This document shows, piece by piece, positions 16,187 to 24,236 of a DNA stretch of 25,094 nucleotides. The stretch spans positions 1 through 25,094 of the forward strand of contig CBDUEF010000001.1 of NCBI GenBank assembly GCA_965366095.1. The letters run 5' to 3'. The stretch comes from an uncultured Cypionkella sp. (lineage in GTDB: Bacteria; Pseudomonadota; Alphaproteobacteria; Rhodobacterales; Rhodobacteraceae). The position numbers and the translations under genes are program-made. A model generated the notes under the pieces. That model saw nothing but the letters and a program-made list of their open reading frames with translations, did not search any database and was not told where the DNA came from. Positions within the stretch are counted from its first letter, which is position 1, and every line of letters starts with the position of its first letter.

Positions 16187-17209
16187 TTAGGCCAGCATAT
16201 CCCGGACCATCGGGATCACCTTTTCGCCGTAAAGCTGGATGCACTTCAGCAACTGGTCATGCGGCATTGGCCCGGTGGCATATTTCAGATCGAACCTTGC
16301 GATCCCCAGCGCCTTGATCGTGGCGGCCATCTTGCGCGCCACGGTTTCCGGCGAACCAACATAAAGCGATCCGGCGGTTACTTCGGCAAGGTAGCTGTCT
16401 TTGGTGCTGGGCGCCCAGCCCCGCTCACGCCCGATGCGGCCAAACATGGTTTGGTAATGCGGCCAAAGCGCCTCACGCGCCGCCTCATCGGTTTCGGCGA
16501 CGAAACCCGGGGAGTGGATGCCGATGGGGCGGATTTGCTTGCCCAGTTGTTTGACCGCGCGCTGATACAGATCGACATAGGGCAGGAACCGGCGCGGGTC
16601 GCCGCCGATGATCGCAAGCATCAGTTGCAGATCCTGACGCACCACGCGCACCACCGATTCCGGGCTGCCCCCAACCCCGACCCAAGTGGTCAGCGGTTGC
16701 GCAAGCGGAGGATAGACCTTTTGGCGGGCAAGTGGCGGGCGGGTTTGGCCCTGCCAGTTAACTTCGGTGTCGCGCAGCAGGCTGGCGAAAAGATCAAGCT
16801 TTTCTTCGAAAAGCAGATCGTAATCGGCCATATCATAGCCAAACAGCGCATAGCTTTCGGTAAAGCTGCCCCGGCCCAGAATCACCTCGGCCCGGCCATT
16901 GGAAATGGCGTTCAGCGTTGAAAAGCGTTGGAACACCCGGATCGGATCATCCGACGACAGCACCGTCACCGCAGAGCCAAACCGCAACCGACTGGTGCGG
17001 GCAGCGATGGCGGCGAGCAGGATTTCGGGGGCAGAAATCGCGAAATCAGGGCGATGATGTTCGCCAAGGCCGATGAAATCAACGCCGGTCTGATCGGCCA
17101 GCACCGATTCCTCGATCACATCGCGGATCACCTGATCCATCGCCTTGGGCTGACCATCCGCCCCAAGGCTGACATCGCCAAAGGTTCCAAGGCCCAGTTC
17201 AACGGTCAT
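16187..17209 (-). CDS. LLM-class flavin-dependent oxidoreductase (luciferase-like, Atu2307-type)
   Basis: LGLGTFGD, GLGEHHRPDFAISAPE, SAVTVLSSDDPIRV, GRAEVILGRGSFTES, WVGVGGSPES, LAIIGG, GSLYVGSPETVA. AGGAG SD. Confidence 0.92.
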   Translation of the reverse strand: MTVELGLGTFGDVSLGADGQPKAMDQVIRDVIEESVLADQTGVDFIGLGEHHRPDFAISAPEILLAAIAARTSRLRFGSAVTVLSSDDPIRVFQRFSTLNAISNGRAEVILGRGSFTESYALFGYDMADYDLLFEEKLDLFASLLRDTEVNWQGQTRPPLARQKVYPPLAQPLTTWVGVGGSPESVVRVVRQDLQLMLAIIGGDPRRFLPYVDLYQRAVKQLGKQIRPIGIHSPGFVAETDEAAREALWPHYQTMFGRIGRERGWAPSTKDSYLAEVTAGSLYVGSPETVARKMAATIKALGIARFDLKYATGPMPHDQLLKCIQLYGEKVIPMVRDMLA

Positions 17210-17242
17210 AATCTGCTCCTGTTTGGTTAGGTCGGACGCTCA

Positions 17243-17270
17243 AAGATAGGCAGCGCTGCGCCAAGGGCAA
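17243..17270 (-). promoter_or_regulatory. Putative sigma70 promoter of the LLM gene
   Basis: Minus strand TTGCCC (17270-17265)-N16-TATCTT (17248-17243). Confidence 0.45.
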
Positions 17271-17308
17271 GCCTGCGCAAGTGGTATGCTCTGATTCAGA
17301 GGTTCGGC

Positions 17309-18274
17309 TTAACTGCCTTCTGGAAAGAAACAGGCCTGCAAATGGTGCGACCCGGTGAGGACCGGGCGCTCTTTGCGGCAGATGTCCTGCGCCTTCCAGC
17401 AACGAGGCGCAAAGGCGCAACCGGGTGGAACATTGATCGGCGAGGGCAATTCGCCCTCAAGTTTGATGCGGGTCTTTTTTGCCTTGGGGTCAGCAACCGG
17501 CGTCGCCGACAGCAGGGCCTTGGTATAGGGATGGCGCGGATTTTCGAAGACTTCGGCCTTGGAGCCGGTCTCGACCGGGCGGCCCAGATACATCACGATC
17601 ACATCATCGGCCATGTGTTTGACGACCGAAAGATCGTGGCTGATGAACAGATAGGCCAACCCCATCCGGTCTTGAAGTTCGACGAGAAGGTTCAGGATCT
17701 GGCTTTGGATCGACAGATCAAGCGCCGAGACCGGCTCATCCAACACCAGCACTTTGGGATCAAGCATCAACGCGCGGGCAACAGCGATCCGCTGACGTTG
17801 GCCACCGGAAAACATATGCGGATAGCGTTCAAAATGCTCGGGCCGCAGGCCAACCATCCGCAGCATATCGCGCGCCTTTTCGGTGCGCTGGGCGGCGGAA
17901 ATGTCGGGCCGGTTGATCTTGAGCGGCTCTTCCAGGATCGAGCCGACCTTTTGGCGCGGGTTGAGCGAGCCATAGGGGTCTTGAAACACGATTTGAACCG
18001 AGGTGCGCAGGCTGGCCCAATTGGCGGGAATGGCTTCAACACCGTTCAGAGTGAAGGTGCCTGCCGTGGGTTCCTCGATCAAGGTGATCAGGCGGGCAAG
18101 GGTGGATTTGCCGCAGCCGCTTTCGCCAACAACGGCCAAGGTTTTGCCGGGATAAAGGCTGAAACTGGCCTCGGACAGGGCGCGCACGGTTTGCGCCTTG
18201 CTGAACAATCCGCCGCCCACCTGATAGTGGCGTGACAGCGCGCGGGCCTCGATGACGGGGGATTGCGAATTCAT
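17309..18274 (-). CDS. dppF: Dipeptide ABC transporter ATPase
   Basis: GESGCGKSTL, FQDPYGSLNPR, FSGGQRQRIAVARAL, DEPVSALD, HPYTKALL, PPGCAFAPRC. ATG 18274 overlaps the dppD stop. Confidence 0.93.
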   Translation of the reverse strand: MNSQSPVIEARALSRHYQVGGGLFSKAQTVRALSEASFSLYPGKTLAVVGESGCGKSTLARLITLIEEPTAGTFTLNGVEAIPANWASLRTSVQIVFQDPYGSLNPRQKVGSILEEPLKINRPDISAAQRTEKARDMLRMVGLRPEHFERYPHMFSGGQRQRIAVARALMLDPKVLVLDEPVSALDLSIQSQILNLLVELQDRMGLAYLFISHDLSVVKHMADDVIVMYLGRPVETGSKAEVFENPRHPYTKALLSATPVADPKAKKTRIKLEGELPSPINVPPGCAFAPRCWKAQDICRKERPVLTGSHHLQACFFPEGS

Positions 18275-19248
18275 GCTTGCACCCCTTCGGTTGCGTTCAG
18301 CGGGTAGTGGCAGCGCGCAAGGCCCAAATCGGCGCTGCACGGCGTGGGCGGGGTGTTGCGGCAACGATCATCGGCAAACTGGCAGCGGGGCGAGAACAGG
18401 CACCCGACGGGGCGGTCAAACTGGCCCGGAACAACGCCCGGAATGGTGGGCAAAAGCCGCGCGCTGGAGCGTTCGGGCAGGGCGGCCAAAAGCGCCGCAG
18501 TATAGGGGTGATGCGGGCGATCAAAGAGATCAATCACCGGCTGTTCCTCTACCTTTTGCCCGGCATATTGCACCGAAACCCGCTTGGCATTTTCGGCCAC
18601 GACGCCCATGTCATGGGTGATCAGGATCAGGCCCATCCCGGTATCGCGTTGCAATCCGGTCAAAAGATCAAGGATTTGCGCCTGAATGGTCACATCCAGC
18701 GCGGTTGTCGGCTCGTCTGCGATCAGCAGTTTTGGGTTGCAGGCAATGGCCATGGCGATCATCACGCGCTGGTTCATGCCGCCCGACATTTGATGCGGAA
18801 AGTTGTTCAGCCGGGTTTCTGGGGCGGGAATACCGACCAACTCGAAAAGCTCAATCGCGCGGGCCTGACGCTGGGCCTTGTCCATGCCCATATGCAGGCG
18901 CAGGGACTCCTTGATCTGAAAGCCAACGGTAAAGCAGGGGTTCAGCGAGGACATCGGCTCTTGAAAGATCATCGCCATATCCTTGCCGATGATCTTGCGG
19001 CGATCTTTGGCGGTCAGGGCACGCAGGTCTTGGCCCTGAAAGGCCATCACATCGGCGGTGATATTGGCTGTCCAGGGCAAAAGCCCCATCAGCGCCAGCA
19101 TCGACACCGATTTGCCCGAGCCACTCTCGCCGACGATGGCGAGAATCTCGCCCTTGTCCACGGTGACATCCACCGAATCCACGGCGCGAAACGCCCCCGA
19201 GGCGGTTTTGAATTCAACGGTCAGATTGCGGATTTCCAGAAGGGCCAT
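18271..19248 (-). CDS. dppD: Dipeptide ABC transporter ATPase
   Basis: [57 protein letters not shown]. Confidence 0.95.
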   Translation of the reverse strand: MALLEIRNLTVEFKTASGAFRAVDSVDVTVDKGEILAIVGESGSGKSVSMLALMGLLPWTANITADVMAFQGQDLRALTAKDRRKIIGKDMAMIFQEPMSSLNPCFTVGFQIKESLRLHMGMDKAQRQARAIELFELVGIPAPETRLNNFPHQMSGGMNQRVMIAMAIACNPKLLIADEPTTALDVTIQAQILDLLTGLQRDTGMGLILITHDMGVVAENAKRVSVQYAGQKVEEQPVIDLFDRPHHPYTAALLAALPERSSARLLPTIPGVVPGQFDRPVGCLFSPRCQFADDRCRNTPPTPCSADLGLARCHYPLNATEGVQA

Positions 19249-19251
19249 GGC

Positions 19252-20142
19252 TCAGCTCCGCTTCAGTTTCGGGTCGAACGCATCGCGCAGCCCGTCACCC
19301 ATCAGGTTGATCGCCAGCACGGTGATCAGGATGGCCAGACCGGGAAGGGTGACAACCCACCACGCCCGCAAGATAAATTCGCGCGCCTCGGCCAGCATGG
19401 TGCCCCATTCCGGGGTAGGGGGCTGTGCGCCCATGCCCAGAAAGCCAAGCGCGGCTGCGTCAAGAACGGCCGAGGAAAACGACAGCGCCCCCTGCACGAT
19501 GATCGGGGAAAGGCAGTTCGGCAGCACGGTGATAAACATCAACCGCGCCAGCCCCGCCCCGGTGGTGCGCGAGGCGGTGACGTAATCTTTCGTCAGCTCC
19601 GACATCACCGAGGCCCGGGTCAGGCGGACATAATGCGGTTGCAACACGATGGCGATGGCGATCATCGCATTGGTCAGGCTGGGACCAAGGATGGCCACCA
19701 GAACCAGAGCCAGCAGCAAGGACGGAAAGGCAAGGATAATGTCCATCACCCGCATGATGATACTGTCCAGCCATTTCGGCGCAAAGCCGGACAAAAGGCC
19801 GATCACGATGCCGCCCGAGGCCGCAACCACAACCACCACAATACCCACATAAAACGAATAGCGCGCGCCGTGGATCAGGCGCGACAGCATATCGCGGCCA
19901 ACCGCATCGGTGCCCAAAAGGAAGGCGGTGCTGCCGCCCTCTTGCCAGAACGGCGGTTGCAGCAGGTGTTCGCGGAACTGTTGGGTGGGATCATAGGGGG
20001 CCAGAAAATCGGCGAAGACGGCGAGGATCACGAACACCGCAAAAACCCAAAGGCCGAACACGGCCCCCCGGTTTTCGCTGAAATAATGCCAGAATTCGGC
20101 GAGGCGGCCGGGGCGGGTGTCCCAGGCGGGTTGTTCGGCCAT
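19252..20142 (-). CDS. dppC: Dipeptide ABC transporter permease
   Basis: LLGTDAVGRDMLSRLIHGAR, FPSLLLAL, NCLSPIIVQ, LGFLGMGAQPPTPEWGTML, NLMGDGLRDAFDPK. The start is MAEQ at 20142 (TGATG overlap with dppB); the track's 20709 start overlaps dppB. Confidence 0.95.
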   Translation of the reverse strand: MAEQPAWDTRPGRLAEFWHYFSENRGAVFGLWVFAVFVILAVFADFLAPYDPTQQFREHLLQPPFWQEGGSTAFLLGTDAVGRDMLSRLIHGARYSFYVGIVVVVVAASGGIVIGLLSGFAPKWLDSIIMRVMDIILAFPSLLLALVLVAILGPSLTNAMIAIAIVLQPHYVRLTRASVMSELTKDYVTASRTTGAGLARLMFITVLPNCLSPIIVQGALSFSSAVLDAAALGFLGMGAQPPTPEWGTMLAEAREFILRAWWVVTLPGLAILITVLAINLMGDGLRDAFDPKLKRS

Positions 20143-21149
20143 CAGCGTTTCCGGATCTTGGGGTTGATAAAACCGTAAAGCATATCGACGGTCAGATTGA
20201 CGATCATCACCATCACGGCGATCAGCAGCAAGCCACCCTGCACCACCGGATAATCCCGGCGGAAAATGCTGTCGACCATCCATTTGCCGATGCCGGGCCA
20301 GGAAAAAATCGTCTCGGTCAGGATCGCCCCAGCCAAGAGCGTGCCAACCGACAGGCCGATCACCGTGATCACCGGGATCAGGGCGTTGCGCAACGCGTGG
20401 ACGCCGTTGACGCCAAAAGGCGACAGGCCCTTGGCGCGGGCGGTGCGGATGTAATCCTCGCCCAGCACTTCCAGCATGGCAGACCGGGTTTGCCGCGCGA
20501 TCACTGCCAAGGGGATGGTTCCCAGAACGATTGTCGGCAGGATCAGGTGGCTGATCGCCGCACCAAAAGCACCTTTTTGGCCCGAAAGCAGACTGTCGAT
20601 CAGCATAAAACCGGTTGGCGTAGGGAAGTAATACATCAGCGACATGCGGCCCGAAACCGGAGTCCAGCCCAACCAGCCCGAGACAACGATGATCAGCAGC
20701 AAGGCCCACCAGAAAATCGGCATCGAATAGCCCACCAGCGCCGCCGACATCAGCGAACGGTCAAGGAACTTGCCCCGGTTCACCGCAGCGATAACCCCGG
20801 CAGGCAGGCCCAGTACCACAGCAAAGATCATGGCGCAGATCGACAGTTCCAGTGTCGCGGGAAACAGCGCGAAAAACTCATCCCAGACCGGCTTCTTGGT
20901 GACAAAGGATTGGCCCAGATCGCCGTGCATCACACCGCTTAGGTAGTCAAAATACTGCACGATCAGCGGCTTATCAAAACCAAATTGCTGGATCAATTCC
21001 TGATACCGCTCGGGCGTGACACCCCTTTCGCCAGCCATCACCACAATCGGATCGCCCGGCAAAAGCCGGATGAAGGCGAAGGAAATCAGCGTGACGCCGA
21101 AAAACGTCGGCAGGAACGTAAGCAGGCGCGAAAGGATGTAACGCAGCAT
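20142..21149 (-). CDS. dppB: Dipeptide ABC transporter permease
   Basis: LLPGDP, FPATLELS, SMPIFWW, YIRTARAKGL, HALRNALIP, TETIFSWPGIG, RDYPVVQG. Confidence 0.96.
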   Translation of the reverse strand: MLRYILSRLLTFLPTFFGVTLISFAFIRLLPGDPIVVMAGERGVTPERYQELIQQFGFDKPLIVQYFDYLSGVMHGDLGQSFVTKKPVWDEFFALFPATLELSICAMIFAVVLGLPAGVIAAVNRGKFLDRSLMSAALVGYSMPIFWWALLLIIVVSGWLGWTPVSGRMSLMYYFPTPTGFMLIDSLLSGQKGAFGAAISHLILPTIVLGTIPLAVIARQTRSAMLEVLGEDYIRTARAKGLSPFGVNGVHALRNALIPVITVIGLSVGTLLAGAILTETIFSWPGIGKWMVDSIFRRDYPVVQGGLLLIAVMVMIVNLTVDMLYGFINPKIRKR

Positions 21150-22243
21150 CAGCCGATAATCCTTAAATCCTTGGGAAAGGTGGTGAGGGAGCGGTTGCCG
21201 TCTGCTGTCACCAGCATGTCATCCTCGATCCGCACGCCAAAAGCGCCGATCTTGTAAAGCCCCGGCTCGTTGGTAAAGACCATGCCCGGCTCCATTTTCT
21301 GATGATTGCCGCGCATGATATAGGGGGCCTCATGCACATCGCGGCCAAGGCCGTGGCCGGTCTTGGTGCGGATGCGGTCTGCATAGGGCGAAGCCTCCAT
21401 CACGCTGGTCACGGCATCGTCGATGTCATGCGCGGTGACGCCGGGACGGGTGATGGCATGGCCTGCCAGATTGGCGCGCAACACGGTATCATAGACCGCC
21501 TGCCCCTCATCCGTGGCATGGCCGACGAAAAACGTGCGGGTGATGTCAGCACAAAACCCGTGTTTGCGGCCACCGAAATCCAGCAGCAGCGCGTCGCCGG
21601 GTTTGATCACATAATCGGCGCGGGCATGGGCGTGAGGGCGGGCGGAATTGTCGCCCGCGGCAACGATCGGGCCGAAGGAATGTTCTTCTGCCCCGTTGGA
21701 AAACAGCGCCAGCGTCAAGATGCGCTCCACGTCGGTTTCGGTCATGCCGGCGCGCACTTGCGCAAGCGTTTCCTCTAGCGCCGTTTCCGACAGCTTGATG
21801 GCGTCTTCAAGCGCGGCCACCTCTTCGGCGGATTTGTGGATGCGCAGGCCCGAAATCTGCTTTTCGGCATCAATCATCTGCAAGCCGGGGTTTGCGCCAA
21901 CCAAAGCGTGGTGCAGAAACACGCGCATCACCTGGCCTTCAACGGCAAGCTTTTTCAGCGGCATCGCGGCGGCCATGGCTGCGAAGGCCTCTGTATAGCC
22001 GGTCTGATCGCGCCAATCGAACACTTCACCTTCGAATTTCAACAAATCGAAAGAGCGCAGTTCCAGATTGGGAACCAAAGCAACCGGATTGCCTGCGGCA
22101 GGGATCAGCACGACAAGCGGGCGCTCGTGGCTGTGAAAATTCTGCTTGAACAGCCGCACAAAATTCGGCCCCGGCACCAAAGCGACAGCGTCAACGGCAA
22201 GGTCGCGCGCGAGTTTACGGTATTCAGCGTAGCGGTCGGACAT
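21149..22243 (-). CDS. M24B metallopeptidase (Xaa-Pro dipeptidase/aminopeptidase P family)
   Basis: All five metal-ligand motifs are present: LLDFG, ADITRT, GHGLGRDVHEAP, TNEPG and RIEDD. No signal peptide. The stop overlaps the dppB ATG. ATG 22243 is preferred over TTG 22246. Confidence 0.92.
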   Translation of the reverse strand: MSDRYAEYRKLARDLAVDAVALVPGPNFVRLFKQNFHSHERPLVVLIPAAGNPVALVPNLELRSFDLLKFEGEVFDWRDQTGYTEAFAAMAAAMPLKKLAVEGQVMRVFLHHALVGANPGLQMIDAEKQISGLRIHKSAEEVAALEDAIKLSETALEETLAQVRAGMTETDVERILTLALFSNGAEEHSFGPIVAAGDNSARPHAHARADYVIKPGDALLLDFGGRKHGFCADITRTFFVGHATDEGQAVYDTVLRANLAGHAITRPGVTAHDIDDAVTSVMEASPYADRIRTKTGHGLGRDVHEAPYIMRGNHQKMEPGMVFTNEPGLYKIGAFGVRIEDDMLVTADGNRSLTTFPKDLRIIG

Positions 22244-22264
22244 CAAGCACCCAAGGGCAAAGCG

Positions 22265-22305
22265 TCAAAGGGAAAACGGGCGGGTGCCATGATTGGCCCC
22301 GCCCG
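22265..22305 (-). terminator. Stem-loop/partial terminator after dppA
   Basis: Minus strand CGGGCGGGGCCA-atca-TGGCACCCGCCCG (12 bp with one bulge) followed by TTTTCCCTTT. Confidence 0.7.
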
Positions 22306-22313
22306 CAACTTTA

Positions 22314-23906
22314 TTATTCGGCGATATCAACGCCTTCAAAGCTAACCGTGCCCAACGGGCTCATCGTGTAACCAGTTACCGCTTTGGTCATCGGGGTGAA
22401 CACGACTGAATGGGCAATGGTTGCCCAAGGCGCCTGATCCTTGAAGATAACCTGCGCCTGCTCATAAAGCTTGGTCCGCTCGGCCACATCAGAGGTGATC
22501 TTGGCCTTTTGGATCAGCGCATCAAAGTCTTTGTTGCACCATTGCGCGCGGTTCGAGTTGCCAACCGCATCGCAGCCCAAGAGAACGGCAAGGAAGTTGT
22601 CCGGATCGCCATTGTCGCCAGTCCAACCCAGAAGAACCGCACCGTCACGATCCTTTGCCTTGGCGCGCTCAAGATACTCGCCCCACTCATAGGACACGAT
22701 CTCGACGGTAACGCCGATCTTGGCCATATCGGCCTGCATCAGCTCGGCCATACGGCGGGCGTTGGGGTTGTAGGGGCGCTGAACCGGCATCGCCCAGATC
22801 TTCATCGACAGATCCTTGACGCCCGCATCTGCAAGCATTTTCTTGGCCGCCTCGGGATCATAGGGATCATCAACGATGGCGTCGTTATACGACCACATTG
22901 TCGGCGGGATCGGGTTTTTGGCAACCTGACCCGAGCCTTGGAACACCACGTCAATGATGGCTTTCTTGTCGATCGCCATGTTCAGCGCCTTGCGGACGTT
23001 GACGTTATCGAAGGGCGGAACCAGCGTGTTATAGGCCAGATAGCCGATGTTCAGGCCCTCTTGCTGCATCACGTTCAGGGTGTCATCGGCCTGCATGGCG
23101 GCCACGTCTGCCGGGTTCGGATAGGAGAGAATCTGGCACTCATTCGCCTTCAGCTTTTGGTAGCGCACCGAAGCATCCGGGGTGATTGCAAAGACCAGAT
23201 CGTCAATTTTCTGCTTGCCCTTCCAGTAATCTGGATTTGCCGCATAACGGATCATCGCGTCTTTTTGGTAAGCCACAAACTTGAACGGGCCGGTGCCGAT
23301 GGGGGCCTGATTGACCATCTCGGGGGTGCCAGCCGCAACCATTGCATCGGCATATTCCTTGGACACGATCGAGGCGAAATCCATTGCAAGGTTGGCCATC
23401 ATCGGCGCTTCGGGACGGTTCAGCACGAATTTGACGGTGAGGTCATCAACCTTGACGATTTCCTTGATCAGATCAGGCATCGACATCGAGTTGAAATATT
23501 CCCAATTCGCGCCATTCAGGGCGAAATAGGGGTTATCGGTCTTACGCTGGCGATCAAAGCTGAAGATCACGTCATCAGCGTTGAAATCGCGGGTTGGGGT
23601 GAAGGTGTCGCTGGAATGGAATTTGACGCCCGGACGCAGTTTGAACGTGTATTCCAGGCCGTCGGCGCTGACTTCCCAGCTTTCTGCGAGGCCGGGGCTG
23701 ATGCTGGTGCCACCAGCTTCAAATTCGACAAGGCGGTTGTAGATGGTGCGCGACGAGGCGTTGAAGGTGGTGCCGGAAGTGAACAGCGCCGGATCGAATC
23801 CCTCGGGCGAGCCTTCCGAACAATAGACCAGTGTTTTCGCCGAAGCCGCAGAGCCCATCAGCGCTGCGATCATCAGACCGGAAAGAAGAGTTCGTTTGAA
23901 AGACAT
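22314..23906 (-). CDS. dppA: Periplasmic dipeptide-binding protein
   Basis: Closely matches recalled E. coli DppA: KTLVYCSEGSPEGF, PIGTGPF, WAMPVQRPYNPNARRMAE (C-terminus-binding Arg), YEWGEYL, GWTGDNGDPDNF (N-terminus-binding Asp). Sec signal peptide and AGGAG SD. Confidence 0.96.
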   Translation of the reverse strand: MSFKRTLLSGLMIAALMGSAASAKTLVYCSEGSPEGFDPALFTSGTTFNASSRTIYNRLVEFEAGGTSISPGLAESWEVSADGLEYTFKLRPGVKFHSSDTFTPTRDFNADDVIFSFDRQRKTDNPYFALNGANWEYFNSMSMPDLIKEIVKVDDLTVKFVLNRPEAPMMANLAMDFASIVSKEYADAMVAAGTPEMVNQAPIGTGPFKFVAYQKDAMIRYAANPDYWKGKQKIDDLVFAITPDASVRYQKLKANECQILSYPNPADVAAMQADDTLNVMQQEGLNIGYLAYNTLVPPFDNVNVRKALNMAIDKKAIIDVVFQGSGQVAKNPIPPTMWSYNDAIVDDPYDPEAAKKMLADAGVKDLSMKIWAMPVQRPYNPNARRMAELMQADMAKIGVTVEIVSYEWGEYLERAKAKDRDGAVLLGWTGDNGDPDNFLAVLLGCDAVGNSNRAQWCNKDFDALIQKAKITSDVAERTKLYEQAQVIFKDQAPWATIAHSVVFTPMTKAVTGYTMSPLGTVSFEGVDIAE

Positions 23907-24008
23907 GGAAATTCTCCTGGTTGGACCATTTTGTTTTGCTTGGTTCAGACATGCACCGATGAAGGGCGCTGCCGAACATCAGGGCTTTTCGACTGCCCCT
24001 GTGTGGCT

Positions 24009-24037
24009 ACCCTAGTGAACGAAAAATCCCCGGTAAA
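24009..24037 (-). promoter_or_regulatory. Putative sigma70 promoter of dppA
   Basis: Minus strand TTTACC (24037-24032)-N17-TAGGGT (24014-24009), implying a ~95-nt leader. Confidence 0.4.
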
Positions 24038-24130
24038 GGGGCGATGTGGGCCAAGTGTTGCAACGTCAGGCAATTCAACCTGAAGGCCAGCGTTGTCGAC
24101 AGGACCTTCCGAGGTGCAGCAAAAAGCCCA

Positions 24131-24210
24131 ATGATTGATATTTTCCCGCCTAAAAACAACAAAAGACAACAAAAATGATTGTTAATTGTTCCAGTTTACT
24201 CATTGTCAAT
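24131..24210. repeat. AT-rich repeat cluster upstream of the GcvT-family gene
   Basis: ACAACAAAA at 24156-24164 and 24166-24174; ATGATTG(A/T)TA at 24131-24140 and 24175-24184; ATTGTT at 24178-24183 and 24185-24190; ATTG-T-CAAT at 24202-24210. Confidence 0.75.
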
Positions 24211-24236
24211 CGAAACCCACCCATGGAGTCGCGTCA

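Noticed and set aside
18277-20178. 633-aa plus-strand ORF (likewise 22410-24083, 7440-8609 and other overlapping track ORFs)
   Set aside because: Antisense shadows of well-supported dpp or permease genes.
17261-22260. Shared 10-mer CCAAGGGCAA at 17261 and 22251, and GGGCAAGCCT at 5481 and 17265
   Set aside because: Short matches explained by the common alphaproteobacterial CTTGCC -35-like word or by chance, with no consistent position relative to genes.
23907-24236. Glycine riboswitch or sRNA between dppA and the GcvT-family gene
   Set aside because: The glycine aptamer cores (GGAGA...CCGAAG...CTCTCAGG) are absent on both strands. Only short stems such as TCAGG-N8-CCTGA (24066-24083) are seen. 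An Rfam/Infernal scan would be decisive.
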